Notes: generated from the sequence alone by a model not told the origin. DNA of 64,000 bases from Patescibacteria group bacterium (GCA_041674765.1 JBAYVE010000001.1:2321-66320), one strand, 5' to 3'. Positions 38,478 to 47,021 are shown, counted from the stretch's first letter. Program-made: numbers and translations.

Positions 38478-39272
38478 TTATCTCCTCAATAGATAAATGA
38501 GAATAATAAACAAAGCAAAAATTATGCGGTAGAATACAAATATTTTGAAATTGCTCTTTTTTAGGTAGTTCAGCAAGAATTTTATAGCGATGAAACCGAA
38601 AACAGTGGCAAACAAAACCGCAGTGAAGAATTCGAGATTAAGGTCAGAGCTCGTTAACTTTCTTGACTCATACAGAAAGGCACCGACTGTGGCAGGCGTT
38701 CCAATCAGAAAGGAAAAACGGGCAGCGTCCTCCCGTTTCAAACCGATCGAACGGGCAGCCACCATCGTGATACCCGAACGGGAAACACCGGGGATTAGGG
38801 CCAATGCCTGAGCTAATCCGATAAGAAAGGATTGCTTGAAGCCAATATCCTTGAAAGAGTTTGTAGATTTGGCATATTTATCTACCAGCCAGAGAACTAT
38901 GCCAAAAATCATCATAGTAAAAGCGATTATCAGTGGAGCCTGGAGCTTTGACTCAGTAATCTTTTCGAGAAATACTCCTGCAATCGCGGCCGGAATCGTT
39001 GCTAACACAATTTGCCAGAGCAGGGTCGAGGAAAACGCAGTGGTATTCTTTCCTGTAAAAGCAGATCGAAATATGCCCAGCCAATCCCGCCAGAAGAAGG
39101 CAAGCAAAGCGGCCACGGTGCCCATATGCAAGGCCGTATCAAATTTCAACCCTCCATGAACCCAATTGAAAAGATAGGGAACTCCCCAGAGATGTGCCGA
39201 TGATGATATTGGCAAAAACTCAGCCAAACCCTGAATAGTGCCCAAAATAATTGCTTGATATAAATATAGCAT
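38478..39272 (-). CDS. uppP: Undecaprenyl-diphosphate phosphatase BacA/UppP
   Basis: QGLAEFLPISSSAH, PGVSRSG, AARFSFL. Confidence 0.97.
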   Translation of the reverse strand: MLYLYQAIILGTIQGLAEFLPISSSAHLWGVPYLFNWVHGGLKFDTALHMGTVAALLAFFWRDWLGIFRSAFTGKNTTAFSSTLLWQIVLATIPAAIAGVFLEKITESKLQAPLIIAFTMMIFGIVLWLVDKYAKSTNSFKDIGFKQSFLIGLAQALALIPGVSRSGITMVAARSIGLKREDAARFSFLIGTPATVGAFLYESRKLTSSDLNLEFFTAVLFATVFGFIAIKFLLNYLKKSNFKIFVFYRIIFALFIILIYLLRR

Positions 39273-39278
39273 AAGGAT

Positions 39279-39307
39279 ATTTTAACAAACAAAGACAAAA
39301 ATACCAA
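39279..39307 (-). promoter_or_regulatory. Promoter of uppP, probably leaderless
   Basis: TTGGTA, 17 nt, (TG-n)TAAAAT, ending 6 nt before the ATG. Confidence 0.6.
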
Positions 39308-39366
39308 GAAAAGGTGCAGAAGAGATACGCTTGTTGTTAGTGCCAGGTATCCGTTATAATCAATGC

Positions 39367-39921
39367 ATGAATATTTTAGATCAATTGAGATTTTACGATT
39401 ATCACATTTATTTGTTTTTTCATGGTGCCATTCATGGGCGGCCCTACTTAAACGAATTTTATCTTTTCTTCGCCAAGTACGGCATTATCTTCTTTTTCCT
39501 TGCATTTATTTATCTCATCGTGAGAGGAAGAATTTATGCCTTCGTCTGCGCCTTTTTTTCAAGCGCAATGGCCAGTCTTCTTGATATCTTTATCGGCTTG
39601 ATTTTCAAACGACCGAGACCTTTTGTCAGTCATAATGCAGAAGTTCTCACTCCTATCATAACTGGTCTTCGGGTAGACCGTCTTTCCTTTCCTTCGGCTC
39701 ATACATACTTGGCCTTTGCGATTGCCACCAGCATTTTTTTGTATGGCCATCGAAAGTTGGGCATATTGCTATATTTCCTCGCCATCCTGGTGGCGGTGGG
39801 GAGGATGGGAGCAGGCTTACATTATCCTAGTGATGTTACGGCCGGTGCCCTGCTTGGGATTAGCACTGGAATTATCTCATTTCTAGCAATCGAAAAATAT
39901 GAACGTAAACATCAAGATTAG
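39367..39921 (+). CDS. PAP2 family phosphatase (BcrC-like)
   Basis: RPRPF, SFPSAH, RMGAGLHYPSDV; ATG 39367 lies 6 nt after TATAAT. Confidence 0.92.
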   Translation: MNILDQLRFYDYHIYLFFHGAIHGRPYLNEFYLFFAKYGIIFFFLAFIYLIVRGRIYAFVCAFFSSAMASLLDIFIGLIFKRPRPFVSHNAEVLTPIITGLRVDRLSFPSAHTYLAFAIATSIFLYGHRKLGILLYFLAILVAVGRMGAGLHYPSDVTAGALLGISTGIISFLAIEKYERKHQD

Positions 39922-39982
39922 CAGGGGAGGAATTGGAAAGAAACACAATCTTTTAGAATTTAAGACTTACTACATATAACTT

Positions 39983-41032
39983 ATGACTGCCAATCTGATT
40001 GAACTGAAAAGACAATTTTTGGAGTATTGTGAGTTGGACAAGGGCCAATCTCTCTTGACGATAGAAAATTATAACCGGTATCTGGATAGATTTTTTAAAT
40101 TTTTGGAAGAACAACGTGCTGTCATTCCTGCGAAGGCAGAAATCCAGAAGATTAAGGAATTGGATTCCGGATCTCCAGATACAGTCCGGAATGACACTGT
40201 TGAGCTTCTACCATCCGATATAGATCAGGAATGCGTCCGGCAATACCGTCTTTACGTCAACAGGCTAAAGGATGACCGGGGAAGAGAGTTAAAAAGGTCA
40301 ACTCAGAACTTTCATATGCTGGCGCTCCGTGCGTTTCTTCGATACCTCGCTAGGAGTGGTATCGCGAGCCTGGCAGCTGATAAAGTTGATATCGCCAAGA
40401 CGGGCGACCGAGAGGTCACTTTTCTCGAGGGAGAAGAGATTGGTAATATGCTGAAGCTTCCTGACACGGATGAGCTGTCCGGACTGCGGGATCGCGCCAT
40501 TTTAGAGGTGCTATTTTCAACCGGTCTCCGTGTCTCAGAATTAGCAAGCCTCGATATTGATGATTTGAACTTCGATCGTGGCGAGATCTCGATTCTCGGG
40601 AAGGGGAAAAAAATCAGAGTAGTTTTTCTTTCTGAGGAAGCGGTTTATTGGCTTCTTCAATATACCAAGAACCTTGGTTGGGCCGATAAAGAAAAGGACC
40701 AACCTTTATTGTTATCGAACAGAGGGACGCGGCTGACAGTTAGGTCAATCGAGCGGATTGTCAAAAAATATGCTTTGCGAGCAGGCATAGGCAAAAAAGT
40801 CTCGCCACACACCTTGCGTCACTCTTTTGCGACCGATCTCCTTATCGCTGGTGCCGATATCCGCAGTGTTCAGTCCATGCTCGGCCATGCCTCGATTACG
40901 ACCACTCAAGTCTACACCCATATTACAGATCAACATCTTCGGGAAATTCATCAAAAATTTCATGGCAGATCACTAAAAGAGGAAAAAAGCGCCGAAGAAA
41001 GTCATATCACAACAGAGGAAAAAAGCGAATAG
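39983..41032 (+). CDS. XerC/XerD-family tyrosine recombinase
   Basis: RDRAILEVLFSTGLRVSEL, GKGKK.R, PHTLRHSFAT, LGH..ITTTQVYTH. Confidence 0.93.
   Translation: MTANLIELKRQFLEYCELDKGQSLLTIENYNRYLDRFFKFLEEQRAVIPAKAEIQKIKELDSGSPDTVRNDTVELLPSDIDQECVRQYRLYVNRLKDDRGRELKRSTQNFHMLALRAFLRYLARSGIASLAADKVDIAKTGDREVTFLEGEEIGNMLKLPDTDELSGLRDRAILEVLFSTGLRVSELASLDIDDLNFDRGEISILGKGKKIRVVFLSEEAVYWLLQYTKNLGWADKEKDQPLLLSNRGTRLTVRSIERIVKKYALRAGIGKKVSPHTLRHSFATDLLIAGADIRSVQSMLGHASITTTQVYTHITDQHLREIHQKFHGRSLKEEKSAEESHITTEEKSE
40120..40196. repeat. In-frame palindromic element inside the xer gene
   Basis: TGTCATTCC...GGAATGACA termini with internal hairpins; encodes VIPAKAEIQ...LDSGSPDTVRND. Confidence 0.85.
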
Positions 41033-41035
41033 GGC

Positions 41036-41064
41036 TTGACAAATTATGGTCTATCTGATACAAT
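41036..41064 (+). promoter_or_regulatory. Near-consensus sigma70 promoter
   Basis: TTGACA, 17 nt, TACAAT with extended -10 TG. Confidence 0.75.
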
Positions 41065-41110
41065 CTCTTAATTTACTAAAAAGTAAATACTAATTAGATA
41101 GGCAGGCCAT

Positions 41111-41272
41111 ATGAAAACAAAAATAAAAATTGATCCGATTGCTGACAATAAGACAAATGTGCTCATCAACTCTGCTGAGCATCGTATTCTTGAAATTAAA
41201 AAGGAAATTCGAGGTGTGTTCGAATTTCCATCAAGATGCAAGACCCGGGTCTTCGAGATGTGGGAAGACTAA
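41111..41272 (+). CDS. Putative 53-aa small protein
   Basis: MKTKIKIDPIADNKTNVLINSAEHRILEIKKEIRGVFEFPSRCKTRVFEMWED, downstream of the strong promoter. Confidence 0.5.
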   Translation: MKTKIKIDPIADNKTNVLINSAEHRILEIKKEIRGVFEFPSRCKTRVFEMWED

Positions 41273-41356
41273 AGCAAGAGATGTCTCTCTCGCATTAAAT
41301 TTTGCGCCGTTCTATCTACGATTATTTAGCGGTAATTTGATAGCTTTATAATTTGG

Positions 41357-42685
41357 CTAGTCTCGGCCAAATCTTTTTTCAAGTTCCTCGCGGGCAATTT
41401 TTCTATCTGAAAAAGGGATAAATTTATCCTCTCCGATTGCCATCACTTCTTCGGCTCCTTTGCCGGTGATAATAACCACATCGTTCTTCGCTGCCTCTTT
41501 AACCGCCTTGTGGATTGCTTGGGCCCGATCCAAAACTTTCCAGTAGTTTCGGTTTAAATGCCACTGATGTTTCTTTTCTCCACCTTTATGGATTGCTTCG
41601 GCAACCTGTTCCATAATTTCATCAGGATCCTCGTCATAGGGATCTTCATTTGTAAATATTACCAAATCGGCATAATGACCTGCCAGGGCACCCATGATAG
41701 GACGCCTTGTTTTGTCACGCCTACCTGTCCCGCCAAGAACAGCGATTAATCGTCCACCTCTGTTTTTCATACTATCGCAGATCGTCTCGTAGACATTTTT
41801 CAGTGAATCCGGATTATGAGCGTAGTCAACAATTACGGTGAAATCCTGGTTTTTAGAAGCGACAATCGGCTCCATTCGTCCAGGGACCAGAGTGATTTTC
41901 TCGAGGCCATTTTTGATGATCTCAGGCTCAATTTCCAAAGCAAGTCCGACCGCGAAGGCCGCGAGGGCATTTTGTACATTGAATGTTCCAGGAAGCTTCA
42001 AGTTGATGGTATTTTGGCCGCTGTCGTAGACAGCAGTGAAAGTAATCCCGTTTGGAGAGGGTAATATCTTTCTGGCAACGACGCCATGCTCTACTATCTT
42101 TTTGGCTGAGTAGAGAAATTTCTCGCTCGAAGGCAATGAGTAAAATTTGTTCCAGTTTTGGTCGTCGGCATTTATGACGAATTTTGCGGCAGGATTTTCT
42201 TTGAAGACCTTGAGCTTTGCGTTGAGGTAGTTCTCCTTTGTTTTATGATAATCCAGATGATCCTGAGACAGATTGGTGTAGACCAGGGTATCGAAATGAA
42301 TGCCAGCAATTCTGTTTTGATCAATGGCCTGGGAGGAAGTTTCTATGACCGCAAACTCACATTTTTCCTTCACGGCTTGCTTTAAGAACGCTTGAATGAC
42401 GGGAGCCGGCGGGGTCGTAACCCAGCGTGATTTCGTCGTATGAGCAATGTTTTTGCCGCCCATCTTGGTATTGATTGTCGTCTCCATCGCATTTTTGATG
42501 CCAGCTGTATCTAGGACGGAAGCAATCATATTGCAAACTGTGGTTTTGCCCTTGGTGCCGGTAACACCGATGACTTTTATCTTATTGGCGGGTTTGCCAT
42601 ATCGAAAAGCAGCAAAGATAGCCTCAACTTTATGGGCCTTGTTCTTGGTCGATTGTGTCAGTACTTTGGATATAATTTTTCGCAT
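41357..42685 (-). CDS. murE: UDP-N-acetylmuramoyl-tripeptide synthetase (MurE-type Mur ligase)
   Basis: GVTGTKGKTT, ETSSQ, TNLSQDHLDYH, VPGRME, VDYAHNPD, RDKTRRP, EDP, GKGAE. Confidence 0.88.
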   Translation of the reverse strand: MRKIISKVLTQSTKNKAHKVEAIFAAFRYGKPANKIKVIGVTGTKGKTTVCNMIASVLDTAGIKNAMETTINTKMGGKNIAHTTKSRWVTTPPAPVIQAFLKQAVKEKCEFAVIETSSQAIDQNRIAGIHFDTLVYTNLSQDHLDYHKTKENYLNAKLKVFKENPAAKFVINADDQNWNKFYSLPSSEKFLYSAKKIVEHGVVARKILPSPNGITFTAVYDSGQNTINLKLPGTFNVQNALAAFAVGLALEIEPEIIKNGLEKITLVPGRMEPIVASKNQDFTVIVDYAHNPDSLKNVYETICDSMKNRGGRLIAVLGGTGRRDKTRRPIMGALAGHYADLVIFTNEDPYDEDPDEIMEQVAEAIHKGGEKKHQWHLNRNYWKVLDRAQAIHKAVKEAAKNDVVIITGKGAEEVMAIGEDKFIPFSDRKIAREELEKRFGRD

Positions 42686-42697
42686 ACAGATTTGTTT

Positions 42698-42772
42698 AAT
42701 GCTAAAGACTAAAATAAACGAAATAACGAAATTATCTTTTTAGTTGTTTGGTTTCTTTTAGTTTTTAGCGTT
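42698..42772. repeat. Long AT-rich inverted repeat between femAB and murE
   Basis: AATGCTAAAGACTAAAATAAAC / GTTTCTTTTAGTTTTTAGCGTT, 19/22 complementary. Confidence 0.7.
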
Positions 42773-43719
42773 TATCTCCGCCTAATTCTCTCTGCAATTT
42801 TAAATAAATTATACTCCATTGGCCGAAGTATCAAATCATGGCTGCCGAGCAGATCGACTTGTTCGCCGCCAAACTGCTTCTTAAATCGGGTAATACCAGA
42901 CCAGGGATGCTTCGGATCATCGTTAGGCGCAATTCCAAAGAAATCATATTTTTTAAAGCCGTTAGCTTTTGCCTCCTGGATAATTTCAAAATGCAGTAGA
43001 TTCGGTGCCATCATGTTCTTATATTCTTTGCTCGACGCTCCAAACATGTAGATGGCGGTATCGCCGGAATAAACAATAATAGCGCTGGCCAGCGGAATTC
43101 TCCCCATGCCCGAGGGGGAGTTAGAGGGGGCGGGAGAATCCTTAATTTCTCCAAAAGCGGTATAGGTCCGAGCATAACCACTTTTAGAGAGAATTTCAAG
43201 GAGCTGGTCAAAATATTTTTTTGAGCGAAAAGAGATGCCATGACGCTTGGCGGTTTCGGAATAAAGCTCGAAGAAGGTATCAGCGGTATTTTCTTCTTCA
43301 ACTTTAATATTATTGTTCTGTGCAATTTTTAAATTATAGCGGCATTTTTGCTTCATACCTGCGAGCATTTTTTCGGTCGGCTGGGTTAAGTCTAGGATCC
43401 AGGTATGTTCGGGTTGCATTTCCTCAAAAGCTTTCTGGAAGCCAAAAGCAGAAAGCTTAAAGTCTAAAGTTGTAGCAGTTGACTCGAAACGGTAAAAAAA
43501 TGCCTTTTCCCTGTTCGCTATTTCTCTTATCTCTTTTAAAAAGTTTTTATCTTTTAACTTGCTACTTTGATCTTCGCTCACCATCGGCGAATAGAGCATA
43601 CTTCGGCCGAATGGCAGATTTTTTTGCAAGACTAAAATTCCTTCTATCCAATAGCTTTTTTGATAGCCGGTCGCAAGCTTAAACTGCTCCCACTCTTTAG
43701 ATTGAAAAATCGATGCCAT
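42772..43719 (-). CDS. FemAB/FemX family lipid II aminoacyltransferase
   Basis: FQSKEW..FK, MKQKCRYN, YMFGASS, YDFFGI, GITRFKKQFGG; start ATG 43719. Confidence 0.92.
   Translation of the reverse strand: MASIFQSKEWEQFKLATGYQKSYWIEGILVLQKNLPFGRSMLYSPMVSEDQSSKLKDKNFLKEIREIANREKAFFYRFESTATTLDFKLSAFGFQKAFEEMQPEHTWILDLTQPTEKMLAGMKQKCRYNLKIAQNNNIKVEEENTADTFFELYSETAKRHGISFRSKKYFDQLLEILSKSGYARTYTAFGEIKDSPAPSNSPSGMGRIPLASAIIVYSGDTAIYMFGASSKEYKNMMAPNLLHFEIIQEAKANGFKKYDFFGIAPNDDPKHPWSGITRFKKQFGGEQVDLLGSHDLILRPMEYNLFKIAERIRRR
43097..43139. repeat. In-frame GC-rich palindromic insertion in femAB
   Basis: Minus strand reads ATTCTCCC-GCCCCCTCTAACTCCCCCTCGGGCATG-GGGAGAAT; encodes DSPAPSNSPSGMGRI. Confidence 0.7.
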
Positions 43720-43845
43720 AAAGACATAATAACATTTTTCTCTAATGAATGGCAGCATTGAGAAAAACTGCCAAAAATGGTATAAATAACTTTAATTGAA
43801 AATCGCCTGATTAGTTTTTTTTCTTTGGGTATCACAAAATCAACA

Positions 43846-43953
43846 ATGCAACAATTTAACAATCAAACAATAAGAATATTAGCTATTAAGACGAGCTGTG
43901 ACCCATCCTACGCTAAAGCTACGGAGGGCGAGTCGAGGAATAAAATAAGTTGA
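43846..43953 (+). pseudogene. Truncated duplicate of the tsaD 5' end interrupted by a palindromic repeat
   Basis: MQQFNNQTIRILAIKTSCD-PSYAKATEG-ESRNKIS* versus TsaD MKSENIKILAIETSCD. Confidence 0.7.
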
Positions 43954-43960
43954 GCCACGC

Positions 43961-45226
43961 ATGAAAAGCGAGAATATTAAAATTTTAGCAATTGAAACCA
44001 GCTGTGATGAGACGGCTGCTGCTGTGATTGGAGTTAAAGACGGACAGCCGGTCATCCTATCGAATGTTGTCAGTTCGCAGATCGATCTTCATGCAAAGAC
44101 TGGCGGAGTTGTCCCTGAGGTGGCAAGCCGTGCTCACCTCGAAGCAATTATTCCGGTAATTACAGAAGCGCTGCTAGTGGCAAAAAATTTCAATATTCAA
44201 CAACCAACCCCCAATCAAATTCCAAATTGTAAGAACCAAATGGAAATTAAAAATTGGATGTTGAATGGACGTTGGAATTTGGAGGTTGGCAACTCTAAGA
44301 ATTTTCTTTTAGAAGATATTACCCATATTGCTGTGACGGCGGGACCGGGACTGATCGGATCGTTGCTGGTTGGATATAATGCTGCAAAGACTATCGCTTA
44401 TGCAAAAAATCTTCCAATTATTCCCATAAACCATATCGAAGGACACATATATTCAGCTTTCGCTGAATTAGGCCAAAAGCCAAAAGTAAAAAGCCAAAAG
44501 CCAGGAACAATTTTTCCGATCCTTGCCTTAACAGTCTCGGGTGGTCATACCTCGCTAACATTAATGAAAGGTCATGGTCAATACGAGACGATCGGTCAAA
44601 CACTCGATGATGCTGTTGGAGAGGCATATGACAAGGTCGCCAGATTGCTTGATCTGGGTTATCCTGGTGGACCAAAGATCGCTCAATTAGCACAACAATT
44701 TCGCGATAAATTTCTAAACAAATCTAAAAATTCATATGGCAATGAAGCAACAAATCAATTGAACAATAAAATAATTTTTCCTCGCCCAATTCTGAACGAT
44801 GGCACTTATAATTTTTCCCTCTCTGGCCTAAAGACAGCAGTGCTTGTGAAGGTTAAAAACATCATGACACAATTTGGTTATGCTACTCCAGATCAAATTC
44901 CAGAGAATACCAAAGAGGAGATCGCCTTCGCTTTCGAGGAGGCCGTCGCTGAAGTTCTGTCGGTCAAAACGGCAAAGGCTGCGATACAATATAGGGCGAA
45001 TGCGGTAATATTTGCGGGAGGCGTCTCAGCAAATACCTATCTTGGGGAGAGGATAAAGGATGAATTGGCAAAGACCAACACGGAGTTGCCAATCTGTATT
45101 CCCAAAAGAGAGTTGGCGGGAGACAATGCAGCAATGATCGGCATCGCGGCTTATTATCACATCTTGGATGGCAAAGTTCGAAAGTGGGACGATACAAAAG
45201 TTGATTCTGGTTGGGAGCTAGCCTAG
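43961..45226 (+). CDS. tsaD: tRNA N6-adenosine threonylcarbamoyltransferase TsaD, with repeat-derived insertions
   Basis: ILAIETSCDET, GGVVPEVASRAH, GPGL, NHIEGH, VSGGHT, DDAVGEAYDKVAR, SGLKT, GGVSAN, DNAAMI. Confidence 0.97.
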   Translation: MKSENIKILAIETSCDETAAAVIGVKDGQPVILSNVVSSQIDLHAKTGGVVPEVASRAHLEAIIPVITEALLVAKNFNIQQPTPNQIPNCKNQMEIKNWMLNGRWNLEVGNSKNFLLEDITHIAVTAGPGLIGSLLVGYNAAKTIAYAKNLPIIPINHIEGHIYSAFAELGQKPKVKSQKPGTIFPILALTVSGGHTSLTLMKGHGQYETIGQTLDDAVGEAYDKVARLLDLGYPGGPKIAQLAQQFRDKFLNKSKNSYGNEATNQLNNKIIFPRPILNDGTYNFSLSGLKTAVLVKVKNIMTQFGYATPDQIPENTKEEIAFAFEEAVAEVLSVKTAKAAIQYRANAVIFAGGVSANTYLGERIKDELAKTNTELPICIPKRELAGDNAAMIGIAAYYHILDGKVRKWDDTKVDSGWELA

Positions 45227-45390
45227 TTATTGATAAGAACTATTTTGCAATTGAAGGATAATATGGAATCATTTATGTCCTTCTGATAATTTTAGATCCC
45301 AATTAAGTTGATTCTTTGAAACGATAATACTAGAAAAGTTAGCCCCGAAAAAGTATAATCAACAAATAATTATTAATCTTTTATTGTTTT

Positions 45391-46029
45391 ATGATTACAG
45401 CCGTAGTAGACGTTCTGGCAAATGCCGTTATTGAGACAATTGATTTTGCGGGATACGCAGGTATTTTTTTCCTAATGCTGGTCGAAAGTTGCGGGATCCC
45501 GATGCCTTCCGAAGTAATAATGCCCTTCTCGGGGTTCCTGGTTTTTGAAGGCAAAATGACACTACTTGCCATCGTTCTTTATGGCGCTCTGGGCAATCTG
45601 GTCGGCTCTTGGCTAGCCTATTGGATTGGCTACAAGGGAGGGCGTCCGCTGATTGAAAAATACGGGAAATATTTCCTTATCTCCAAACATGATTTGGACT
45701 TGGCTGATAAATGGTTTCAAAAATGGGGGGATTGGACTGTATTTATTGGGCGTCTTTTGCCTGTTGTCCGCACATATATTTCGTTCCCGGCCGGTGTAGC
45801 AAAGATGGATTTTAAGAAGTTCAGCATCTATACTTTTCTAGGCGCTCTTCCCTGGACATTGCTTTTCGGCTGGCTTGGTATCAAGATGGGTGCAAATTGG
45901 GAACTGATTAGGGAAAAACTTCATAATTTTGATATGGCGATTTTATTGGTTGTGGTTTTGACGATTGTTCTCTATGTATGGCGCCATATTCGACAAAACA
46001 AAAAAATCAAAGCAGTAGAGGCCTCATAA
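45391..46029 (+). CDS. DedA family membrane protein
   Basis: ESCGIPMPSEVIMPFSG, GRLLPVVRTYISFPAG. Confidence 0.95.
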   Translation: MITAVVDVLANAVIETIDFAGYAGIFFLMLVESCGIPMPSEVIMPFSGFLVFEGKMTLLAIVLYGALGNLVGSWLAYWIGYKGGRPLIEKYGKYFLISKHDLDLADKWFQKWGDWTVFIGRLLPVVRTYISFPAGVAKMDFKKFSIYTFLGALPWTLLFGWLGIKMGANWELIREKLHNFDMAILLVVVLTIVLYVWRHIRQNKKIKAVEAS

Positions 46030-46044
46030 ATAATAGTTAGCTCA

Positions 46045-46081
46045 TACTAAAATACCCCGGCAATTCCGGGGTATTTTAGTA
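46045..46081. terminator. Bidirectional terminator between convergent genes
   Basis: Perfect 16-bp stem TACTAAAATACCCCGG-caatt-CCGGGGTATTTTAGTA. Confidence 0.85.
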
Positions 46082-46089
46082 ATTTCTTT

Positions 46090-46851
46090 TTAGAGAGATG
46101 TACTGGCGGGAGTGGCAGTGTCGTCGGCAGTATCATCAGAGGTAGTGTTTGTAGGGGTTGATCCAGCCTGCGATTGATTATCCTGTATTTGCGATGATGT
46201 TGGCTGAACTTGACTTTGATTAATAGCCGACGGGTTGATATCCGCTGTCTGGGACTGTGTATTGTCTACTGGCGCTGACGTAACCGGAGTCTGCGCCGGA
46301 GGAGTACCTGCTCCTGAACCGGCTGAGCTGAAGGAGAATGGTGAACTGTCTGCCTGGCCAAAAGCGATACCGGTATTTGCTGAATCCTGGTTTGGGGCAA
46401 CGGGGGCGGGAGCTGCAGCCGGCCGATCAAGTGGAAGGCTAGTATCGGTAACGGCTGTCGCCACTGGCGCAGGAGTATTAATCTCGGCCGGACCGAAGAT
46501 ATCTGCATTTAAGTCGGGGCTGCTGGCGGCAAATGGATCGGATGGCACAGCCGACCCAGTGGGCTGATCCCATGTGGCAGTCGGTGCTGACTCCAGAGCA
46601 GGCGGAGTGGCTGGTTGTCCGGCATTTGCCTCTGCTATTTGATCTGCATTACCTTCGTCCACAATCAGATCGGTGTGGGGAATACCGGTCAGCTTTTCTA
46701 GATGATGAACGCCGACAATGATGGCCGCGGGTTTACCATTTTTTGTAATAACATAAAGTTGTTCAGAATCTTCGACCTCATCGATTATTTTGTTAAGAGA
46801 GTCCCTCGCCTCGGTTACGGGTAAAATTTTCTCAACATCTACGTCTAGCAT
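46090..46851 (-). CDS. Phd/YefM-like DNA-binding domain with long low-complexity tail
   Basis: LPVTEARDSLNKIIDEV...YVITKNGKPAAIIV, then ~190 aa rich in P/A/T/S/Q/D. Confidence 0.85.
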   Translation of the reverse strand: MLDVDVEKILPVTEARDSLNKIIDEVEDSEQLYVITKNGKPAAIIVGVHHLEKLTGIPHTDLIVDEGNADQIAEANAGQPATPPALESAPTATWDQPTGSAVPSDPFAASSPDLNADIFGPAEINTPAPVATAVTDTSLPLDRPAAAPAPVAPNQDSANTGIAFGQADSSPFSFSSAGSGAGTPPAQTPVTSAPVDNTQSQTADINPSAINQSQVQPTSSQIQDNQSQAGSTPTNTTSDDTADDTATPASTSL

Positions 46852-47021
46852 AAACCTCCTGATTTTTTTTAACGATTTTATTATGTTACTATTTTACCAC
46901 TATTTTAGCCATTTACTACTCATCTTGTTCCGGACATTAGCTCCTAATTTTATTTCTAAAAGCAAAGTGTTAAAATGATGGTGAACATTTCAAAGTGAAT
47001 TAAAAGCTAACAGGAATAAAA

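Noticed and set aside
16174-41032. Integrative conjugative element using the tyrosine recombinase as integrase
   Set aside because: The recombinase has Xer-type motifs and is separated from the cluster by uppP and PAP2. No relaxase, coupling protein or att repeats were seen.
41130-41351. 73-aa track ORF
   Set aside because: TTG start in another frame; the ATG ORF 41111-41272 fits the promoter better.
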